Origin: Callorhinchus milii
Lineage: Eukaryota
Length of the DNA: 64,000 nucleotides
Assembly: GCF_018977255.1 (NCBI RefSeq)
Contig: NW_024704743.1
Coordinates: 108,564,001 to 108,628,000 of the forward strand
Direction: 5' to 3'
The position numbers and the translations under genes were made by a program. This document shows, piece after piece, positions 52,992-61,978 of the stretch. The notes beneath the pieces were generated by a model, which saw only the letters and a program-made list of their open reading frames with translations, did no database searches and was not told where the DNA came from. Position 1 is the first letter of the stretch. Each line of letters starts with the position of its first letter.

Positions 52992-54571
52992 TCCACTCAT
53001 TGCATCGATCTCAATCAGAAGTAGAATCTGATACGCCACATAATTCGAGAAATGAAAAGGCAATTCAGCGCTAAATTTGGTCTAACTCTGATCAATCAAA
53101 CGTCTGCAATGGCTCTCTCTTTTTGGTGGTGGTTGAGTGGGTGGTGGTGGGGGTGGGGGGTGGGGGGAGATGGAGAGCAGAGAGTTACGAGCTGGAGTAG
53201 AGTAGGAATAAAAATCTATCCGGGGAAGAGTAGAGATTAAATCTGAACTGTTGCATGTGTAGGCAGGTAGACATTTCAGCACAGGGCTTTTGCTACTGCT
53301 CTAAACATAAGCCTTGTTTACGAACTGCGTTTTTATGGTTATTATGCGCTGTCTCTCGGTGTCATCAGATGACGTTATTGCAATAGTCGGTATAATGGGG
53401 TTGTCGAGGCACCAGGTGATGTGCAAACCCATTCCGCAATATTGTTATTTTCAACGCTCTCAAACATAGCAGCAAATAATTCAGAATAGAGCTTCTCTCC
53501 TCTTAGCTGACTATTTCGCAACACGATGTATTGCACCTCCTGTGTTGCGGGTTCCAAACTTCATTAAACAATTTACAAGAGGGATTTGGACAATAACGCA
53601 GAGAGCAGAAAGAGGCGATTGTCACGCCGATTTTACTCGCCAAATTGCTCTTTATTATATAGGAAGAGGCTCTTTAATTACTCGAGGCATCAAGAATGGA
53701 CAATCGAGCCAGACAGTCGTACGACCAATTTCAAGCAGCACAAAACTGGAATAATTGTACCCACTTATCCGAAAGCTTTCACCCATAGTCTGGGGAATGT
53801 ATTTCAGTCCCGTTATTATTCTGTAAAACGGCTCTAGTCTTTTCTTTGAACAGCCCAAAGTGGCATTGAACATTTTAGGAGCACCGTATGTATGTATGCG
53901 TGTGTATGTGTGTGTGTGTGTAAGGGGCGGGGGGGGGGGGGGGGGGTGGGCGGTTGCATTTTAGGTGCAAAGCAAATTAGTGAGGTCCGTCTGAGGAATG
54001 ACGGCGGAACATATTTTCTGTTGAGAATAATGGAATTTATTCATTTCTATCATTTGTGCTCGTTGTTAACATGCGAGAGAGGGTTGCAAGTCATTTCAAA
54101 ATCCACCTTTAGACTTTCCAAATCTGCATTTGAGCAGAAAATGCATTTGAGCAGCAAAGCAATAAATGCAACTCCATATCTAAACCACATTCGAAACCAA
54201 GAGAGCGCGTCTTTTCGGGACAGTTTCATTTTTAAAAAAAAAAAACCTCTTATATAATAATCTCACGGTAAATCTAACACAAATAATCGATGTTTTTTTT
54301 TGTGCGTGTGTGTGTTTTTTGTTCGGTTAAAAAAAAAATGTGAAACGAGATGATTGATGGGTGCATGGCTCTTTCGAAAGCCTGGAGATGCTTCTGAGGC
54401 TGAAAGCGCCTCCCGATGTGGGGTGGAGGTGCAGGGGAGGCGCAGGGTGGTGAGGTGAGAGCTGTGGGCAGCCGCCAGAAGGCCGTGTGATGCTGAGGTC
54501 TGACTGCTTCTCCTCACTTTCAAGGACGTGGAAAGGATCAGGACTTTGGGAGACAACATCTGCCTGCCCGG

Positions 54572-54579
54572 TGACGTCA
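54572..54579. promoter_or_regulatory. full palindromic CRE (TGACGTCA)
   Basis: GTGACGTCAT lies in the CpG-rich core, 2.8 kb upstream of the hairpin. Motif match only. Confidence 0.4.
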
Positions 54580-54726
54580 TCAGCCCCATGTAATCCTCTG
54601 GTGCTAAAAGCAGATCCTTATTTGTTTGGCTGGAGAACCGGTTAATCCCTGAGTCTGGATCAGAAGCACTGGGGGGAAAAGTGCTGCAGGAGACCAGAAA
54701 GCCACCAAGAAATGGACGAGAAACGC

Positions 54727-54775
<49 letters not shown>

Positions 54776-55050
54776 CCTCTCTCTCTCTGTGTCTCCCCGT
54801 GTCCCAGTGCTGCGATGTGAATGAAGCGCCTCGCAAAGCCCACGTCTGTTTTTTTATTCTCTCTCTCTCTCTCTCTCTCTCTCGAGGATTTTTAGTGATT
54901 TCGATTTATTTTCGGAGCCACTGCGCGTTTCTCTGTTGGATGGTACAGCATTCTCTCTCTCTCCCTCCCTCCCTCCCTCCCTCCTTCCCTCTCTCTCTCT
55001 CTCTCTCTGTCCCTGTCTGTCTGTCGCTCGTTTTCTCGCTCACTCTCTCC
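54727..55050. repeat. cluster of (CT)n and (CCCT)n polypyrimidine microsatellites
   Basis: Directly visible tracts at ~54727-54788, ~54859-54883 and ~54952-55008. Confidence 0.9.
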
Positions 55051-55804
55051 GCCTTTCCTAAAAAAGCTGTGCGTTTCTTTTTCAACGGATATTTTTTGCG
55101 GATGAATTTTCACAGGGTTTGGATGGCTTTGCGTTCACTTGGATGCGTTTTTTTTTTGGGGGGGGGGAGGAGGGGTGGGGGGTTGATCGTTGGTGGTGCT
55201 GGACATTGATGTTAGGAGATGAGCTTCTATAAGACCCCTCTCCCCCCACCATCACCCTACCACCCCACAAACAAACACACACACACACACCCCTCACCCA
55301 AAAATACACCTACTGGCGTTTTGCAGGTGATCCTATAGGCTCCGTTTGCTCACCACCCCCCCCCCCCCCACCCCACCGCCTCCCCTGACCATGGCTGAAG
55401 CACTATTGGAGGCGAGCGTGGACTGCGGTGCTCTCTGTGTGCGAGTTCATTCATTCACTGTGTGCCACTGCGATCCTTTTCTGACACAAGGCATTTTTTA
55501 ACCGTGTTTTTTTTCCCAGCTCTGCGGGCTCCTTGCTGGGCCGGAGAGCATTTTTTTCCTGCTTTCTCCGCCTCCCGGGTTTTTTTTTCTGTTCTTTGTT
55601 ACTGGCTGTAATCAAACCCCTTTAGCTCTATTTAAAGTCCTTCCTTTGTGTCTTGCAGGGATCCTTGTCTTTATCCTCCGCGCGATGCTTTTTTCCGCTA
55701 GGCTTTCCAAGACGCTCTCTTCTCTCTCTCTCTCCCACACCCCCCCACCCCAGTCTAAAAGGCATTTGTCTTTGTTTTTTTTGTGTGTTGTTGTAGGCGA
55801 TTGC

Positions 55805-56092
55805 AGTTAGCTGGCTGGCTGGCTAGTTGGCTGGCTGGCTGGCTAGTTGGCTGGCTAGCTGGCTGGCTAGTTGGCTGGCCGCCTAGTTGGCTGGCTAACT
55901 GGCTGGCTGGTTGGCTGGCTGGCTGGCTAGTTGGCTGGCTGGCTAGCTGACTGGCTAGTTGGCTGGCTTGCTAGCTGGCTGGCTGGCTAGTTGGCTGGCT
56001 GGCTAGTTGGCTGGCTGGCTGGCTAGTTGGCTAGCTAGTTGGCTGGCTAGCTAGTTGGCTGGCTGGCTAGTTGGCTAGCTGGCTGGCTAGCT
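55805..56092. repeat. compound tetranucleotide array (GGCT/AGTT/AGCT)n, 72 units
   Basis: 288 bp with the 4-nt register maintained. Confidence 0.95.
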
Positions 56093-56494
56093 GGATTCGG
56101 GGGCACATTCCCACGTTGGCTTCTCTCGCTCTCTGCACCCCATTGGGAAGGACGGGATCAATCGCTCTGAAGACACAGTCCCTCTGCCGGCGGCTTTCCG
56201 TGAGCTGCCCCAGCGCCAAGAACTCGCGGAAAGAGCAGAAAATCAACTACAATGAATCTCAAAGTCCCATTTTTCTTGGACGCGGACCCGAAGTACACCC
56301 ATCTTCCGCAGGTGTCAACCCGAGGGTCACTGGCAAAGGTTACTCGCCGCAACTGCCTTGGGTAAAACTTTTCTGCTCGCCTGTCATTGGGCTTCAAGTG
56401 CGTTTAGAATGATTTTAGATCAAGTGGTTGAGGATATTTTTGTTGTTGCTGTGGAGTATTTTTTTCTAAATGTCAGTGTTTGCGGCAATATATG

Positions 56495-56511
56495 TGTGTA
56501 CATATATATAG

Positions 56512-56545
<34 letters not shown>

Positions 56546-56811
56546 ATATATACAATCAGCATCTGCAGCTCTGCAGAGTGGCAATAGCCTGACCAGATGG
56601 GGTATTCTACACACTGGGGACAGCGCAGGTGCCTGAATAACTGCTGTTGCGCACTGCAGAGAGAGAGAGAGAGCGAGTGAGTGAGTGAGTGAGAGAGAGA
56701 GGCAGAGGGACGAAGAGAGAGGAAGCGAGGGGCGTGTGCGACACAGAGAGGGAGACAGAGAGAAAGAGTGAGAGAGACACATACAGAGCGAGAGAGAGAG
56801 AGAGAGAGAGC
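56495..56811. repeat. (TA)n, (TG)n and (GA)n microsatellites
   Basis: Directly visible. Confidence 0.9.
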
Positions 56812-57286
56812 GCAAACAAAATACCAACAAAGTATTTTTTGTGTGCAAAATGTTTAGAGGTAGATTTTGTGCGTACGTTATGTGCACTTTTACACCCAAG
56901 GACTAAGCTGGCGGGTGTTCGTTACGTCTGTTGCTGGGCAGGTCCTTTCAAGGAGCCTTGCCTTGCCTTGCCTTGCCGGGACTCTGGTCAGAAAGTGGAC
57001 TTGCTGTTAACACAGAGCTTGTGTTACGCTAAACCCTGGCTGATGGGATCAATTACACGTAAGGCGCCGCTACAATTAGAGCTGCACTCCAGTGGTTCGC
57101 AGGAAGATGCTGCAGAATGCGATACTGAACGCTACAGTTAACGCTACAGTTTATGTGCATTGCGCTGAGTAATGCAGTTGGTGAGCCACAGCAGAGACAG
57201 ACAAGGTGGACAGATGGAAGGAAGCGATTATTTTGATCTGGATGTTTTTGTTTTGCTGTCTCTCCCACCCTCGTTCCCGGTAAACC
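56650..57286 (+). ncRNA. candidate exon of the mir-124 host (pri-miRNA) transcript
   Basis: Unique CpG-rich sequence starting in a (GA)n tract and ending at donor ACC|GTAAGT (GT at 57287), 85 nt upstream of the 5p arm. No credible ORF. The 5' boundary is a guess. Confidence 0.45.
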
Positions 57287-57360
57287 GTAAGTGAGCTGCA
57301 CTGTGGTTCTTTTTTTTTCTTAATTAATGATTCCTCTTTTCCCTTCAAGCCGATCGCTGA

Positions 57361-57440
57361 CTCGTTCTCTCCGTGTTCACAGCGGACCTTGATTTAATGT
57401 CATACAATTAAGGCACGCGGTGAATGCCAAGAGCCGGGCC
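57361..57440 (+). ncRNA. MIR124-2: microRNA precursor mir-124, most like paralogue mir-124-2; 5p arm 57372-57393, mature 3p arm 57409-57430
   Basis: Contains exact mature miR-124-3p TAAGGCACGCGGTGAATGCCAA (57409-57430) and star CGTGTTCACAGCGGACCTTGAT (57372-57393), joined by loop TTAATGTCATACAAT. The loop and the 3' flank GAGC...GGCTGCACTT match my recollection of the mir-124-2 stem-loop. A CNNC motif (CTGC, 57446-57449) lies 16 nt past the 3p end. Family call is near certain; the paralogue number is less so. Confidence 0.97.
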
Positions 57441-60400
57441 ACTGGCTGCACTTTTTGTCAGCAACCTGGGCACACGTCAGATCAGATCCTCTTAAACCCA
57501 CACTCCTGAACCCAAACCCGCTCGCTAGCCGACCATCCAGGGCAGTCCCCACACAACGCCACTCAAGCCGCGGCCACAAAGGCAATACACCGCGACGTTA
57601 AAGACCGATGCGACCTCAGCGCGCACTGCGCCAATGATAAGGACCAAAAAGGGTGCGCGTTATTCAGTCATTTGCATGATATGCTGTAACCGCTCCAATT
57701 TATGTTCATCTCGATAGCAGCGCGATCGTGCCAACCTCGGTGGCGATTTGTATTTCCACTGAGCTGTAGCGGTTAGCGTAAGGATCTGACATGGAAAAAC
57801 GAGTTTGACATTGAAGGGATTATTCTGAGCATTTCCCGAGCTCAGCCCAGTCCGGGGCAGGAAAACACAGAGAGGGCAGTCCAGTACTGCAGCCGCTGGG
57901 CCGACTGTCCAAATCCGAATTAGGGCTTGCTTTTCCAACAGGACTTATTTGAAACCAATATTTCTCAAAACCATTTGATTTGATCTCTCTCCCCCACCCC
58001 CCCCCACCCCCCCACCACCCACCCTTCTTTCCAAATCAGCACACGATTACTGAAGTCAAACCCTAGCCCTGACCTAGTTTCCACGTACAACAGTCGATCG
58101 ATGTTTTTTTATATTGCAAATGATCTTCCAGTGAACACAAACTAGTTACTCCATCCCCGAATGGGCACTGCCGAGCCTCCAAGGAAACACAGTTATTACA
58201 TGGTAAATACAATTGCTCTTCAGAGTTCAGCTTTTGCAGCCCAGACGCACGTTTTGCGCTATGTTTCACACGAGCCCATCTCGTAACCCACTGCTCGTTG
58301 AAGTTACGCATCCACAAAGAAGTGAACAGGCCCAACGATTCGTTTTTAATGTTGCATTTTGTTTACAAATCCCCTCTACCTCCAAAACCTTTGATTTTTT
58401 TTTTTACTTTTGGGGGTTGGTGAAACTACCAATTTGTAAATTTGCAGTATGATTATTTCCCTTCTTTTGACAACTGTGGCCAGTCCAGGAAGAGACAATA
58501 GGAGGTCGGTGACAGATGTCAGTGAATTTGTTCACAGTCCGGAACGGTTGTATTTCAGAGGGACACCGGGGTCCTTTCTGCTCCCTGACAGGGGGACTTG
58601 TGGAGCGCTTTGACTTGGGCTGATTTCTTTGTGCCTCTCAGCTTTCTGCTAATAGAAACATTCAACGCAATCGAGCAGCCTCGGTGGAATGAGAAACCCT
58701 TCCATTCACCAGAACTAAACTGACAGAAACCTTTTGTTGAGCTACCCAATAACTTTTTTAAAAAATCCACACAACACGCCTCTTTAGGCGTTGAAAGCTT
58801 ACATTTCCTACATTATATTTTGGAGAAGAGGTAAAATAAAACGGTGAAAAACGAATAAATAAGCACCGATTCCCCCCTCCCCCTCCCTCTGCTGCCCCTT
58901 TGTTAGAATTCAGATGATCAACATTTCTCATGGACTTAAGTCTTCAAACCATTGTGTTAAAATATGAGATAGTGAAGCATTCTTAGTCTTTTTAGTGAAA
59001 TCCAGTGAGTGAAATTCAGTCTTGATTTGCAAGCCGGTTTTCCGCAGTTGTTAGATTAAGAAAGTGGAATTAAAGATTTTTTTTAATAAAAACAAAAATC
59101 CTGCACAGTCTTAAATTTTAAGACAGCAGACTGGAGGCTAAGGCCATGAGACATTTCGGGCCTTGTAAATCTGCACAGGACACTGTTACAACTTTGAGGG
59201 TGAAATCCTAACTAAAGGCGAATCCTGGAGATTACGTTTCAACCGCCTCCATCAATGGCCGCAATCTTCCATTGATCATTGATTGGCCTCTTTCAGCTGC
59301 ACTTTGCTCCCTGTCAGGCATTCAACAAGCCAGAAGGAAATTCAAAATGCAATTTGGAGGCGAAACAAAAATACTGTATTTTTTTAAAAAAATAATAATT
59401 CAGCGTCTTTTCACTTCCAAGAGCATTAATTACACGCTGCCTTCCTAACTCGGCGTGTAGTCATCATTAGCGGGTTATGCAACAGGAATGCATCTCCTCT
59501 CCTGCCGATCATATCAATCCTGTGCTTAAATACTGGGCTGTAATAGCACATTACTGTATTGCGGGGATTATTAAGAGGGGGAGATGAACCAGATTTATTT
59601 GGAACCAATTCACCACGAGCAAAACAGATCTGATTCGTATTATACCTCTATAGTTCAGCTGGGATGGAACAGCCTGGTGGAAGAAAAGCGCCATGAAGCA
59701 TCAGGTTTGAATGCAACATTTGGGCAGCTTATCGCTATTGGTGAAAAAAAATGCTCCGAAGACACAATGCATTTCAGGGACAGTTTTGACCTTTTCGCCT
59801 CAATCCCACCAAACCTTTAAATATCACTTGAAGTGCATCGTTGCAGAGTTAGGGGCACGCCTTGCACGTTCCTTCTTGTGCAATGAAGGCATTGCTGGGG
59901 AAATACGTGCTTTCAAATCTATTGCTGTCTTACACAGCGAATACATATCATCAGCAACGATTCACAACAGTTCGGCACCTGTTCTAAATTGAAATAATGA
60001 TTGTAACAGACACCAGGCTGGTCATTTTTTAAAGTATAATCTGTCCAATAATTCTTTTTTTAATTAATACATCGAAACGTCCCTTATTCGTAGCGAAGAC
60101 GTTTAATTTGTTTGGGTTCTTAGTCAAGATGCAGTTGATTGCTTGGCAATTTCGGGTATATTCCCCCCCCTTTTTCTCAGAGTCTATCGACGCGTTAAAT
60201 GCTCCAAACTTTAAAATGCTTTAAAATACGCCCTTTGGGCAATAACATTTGTGCGTTTTTTTTGTTTTAAGTTAATAAGCCAGCACAAGGCGAGGGGGTA
60301 TTTATCACAGCCTGTTCCACTGATGCACTGCGGCTCGGATCAGGAGTCTACAAATGGCCGTATCACATTCAATATGCACATCACCACTTGGTCATATCAC

Positions 60401-60944
60401 TTTGGCTTTTCCTGAGCGACTTATGCAGAATTGGAACAAAGAGCTATCAAATGGTTTGAGAGTCCGAGCCCCACTCATCGCAGGCTGATTGAAATGCAGT
60501 TGCATTGCCTTTCGTGTCAAGTTAATTTTGAGGAAAGTGTTTTTCTTTCCCGTTTTGAAGACACACTGCGCCATGGCTTCTACCAAGTCGTGTGCTGCAT
60601 CGATCGATTTGATCCACTTATTTAACCGAAGGCTCATTTCATTTCCTCGTAGGACATTTGGACGTATTAGGTATTCAATCGCGTTTTTGTTAATTGTGTT
60701 CATTTTTTTTCAAACGACTTCTGGAAATAAACATAAAGATAATAATATCTCCCTTCAGTGAGTTCCAGTTGATACGCTGGTGCAACGGTGCAGCCAAACA
60801 CAACACACGGGACAAGAGCACCATCCGACTCGGGTACAGTATGTAATAGGCGAAGAGATGGTAAGATTCCACATTTGATCTAATTATTGATCGATCGATG
60901 GATCGATCAGCCGTCCATCCATCCTACCCTTGGTGTGTGTCATC

Positions 60945-61295
60945 TCACTTCTATTGGTCACGCTGTCACCTTTGTGTCAGAAGGTCGTGGGATCAAGGCC
61001 CACGTAGGAGCTTGGAGCTCAAAGTCCAATGCAGTGTTGGAGGCGCTGCGATGTCCGAGATGGCTTCCTTTAAGTGAAATATTGACCTGAGGCTCATAGG
61101 TGGATTTTACCATATTCCATTTTCAGAGTTCATATTCTATAATCACCCCGTGTTTATTTGTGGGGCAATGCTTGTATGGATGTCCACTTGCATATATCTA
61201 TATCTATATATATATAACAGCCACTAAGCGTGATAGCAATTACCTGTGAAGTGCTCCAACATAATAACCCGGTTTTATTAAAATGCATATTCTTT
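60945..61295 (+). mobile_element. degenerate Deu-domain SINE
   Basis: TGTCAGAAGGTCGTGGGATCAA...GGCGCTGCGATGTCCGAGATGG...TTTGTGGGGCAATGC...TGTGAAGTGCT. Confidence 0.55.
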
Positions 61296-61643
61296 TTCTG
61301 AGCAGTTTTTTATGTGGCATGTCTTATGACATGAGCATCGAAATATACTCCACGCATGGGCGAGCGTGAATTTATTGTTGCTACCCATCTATACAGCAAC
61401 CCCCTACCACTGGCAGCCAACCTTGGTGACAATAAGAAGCACTCTACATTGTAAAAGAAAAGATTGGTTGGACTATTTTGTTTGGGGGGTGGGGAGAGAA
61501 AATGCAGGTAAAGATGAATTTGTGGCTGCATCAAACTCATCAAAGGTTTCCTATGTTTCCTCGGCACACTGAATAGACAGCTTTTTTGGGGTGGGGAGCA
61601 TTTGTAAAATGGTTTCATGTGACTGGACGTTGTCTCATCTCTT

Positions 61644-61978
61644 GGAGTCCTGTAGCTCAGTGGTTAGAGCACTCGCTTTGCAAGTGAGAGACCTGAGTTC
61701 AATTCCCGGCAGGGCGAAACCTTGGGCAAGTTTCCTTACTCCACACGCCTAATAATAATCCCTCCAAAAAAAAAACCAAAAACAATAATTAAATTGGTCA
61801 TTTTCAATCTACGACTGTTTGTGGGACATTGCTGTGCGCAATTGGCTGCCGCGTTCGCCCACAAATATACAGTCAATTCACTTTACAGTGTGTTCTGTGA
61901 AGCGCTTTGGGACGTCCTCCCGACGTGAAAAGCGCTATATCAAATGCAAGGATTATTATTATTATTATTATTATTATT
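61644..61978 (+). mobile_element. tRNA(Ala-TGC)-derived SINE with L2-type tail, full length, short subfamily
   Basis: Head GGAGTCCTGTAGCTCAGTGGTTAGAGC (A box), anticodon-like loop TTTGCAA, B box GAGTTCAATTC, L2-like tail and (TTA)n. Near-identical to the copies at 33272 and 3221. Confidence 0.92.

Larger units (their letters stand above)
45000..60900. promoter_or_regulatory. CpG-rich, transposon-free regulatory/promoter domain around mir-124
   Basis: CpG is visibly frequent here compared with 1-39 kb. I recognised no LINE or SINE between ~44.9 kb and ~60.9 kb. Many (CA)n, (CT)n, (GA)n and poly-G tracts are present. Confidence 0.6.

Noticed and set aside
54263..54589. 108-aa minus-strand ORF (MGLMTSPGRQ...), possibly spliced to the 46.9-kb exon
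   Set aside because: No recognisable domain, it runs through homopolymer and microsatellite tracts, and the donor (ACC|GTGAGA) is weak. It cannot be supported without expression data.
57128..57151. 12-bp tandem duplication AACGCTACAGTT
   Set aside because: Ordinary slippage duplication with no evidence of function.
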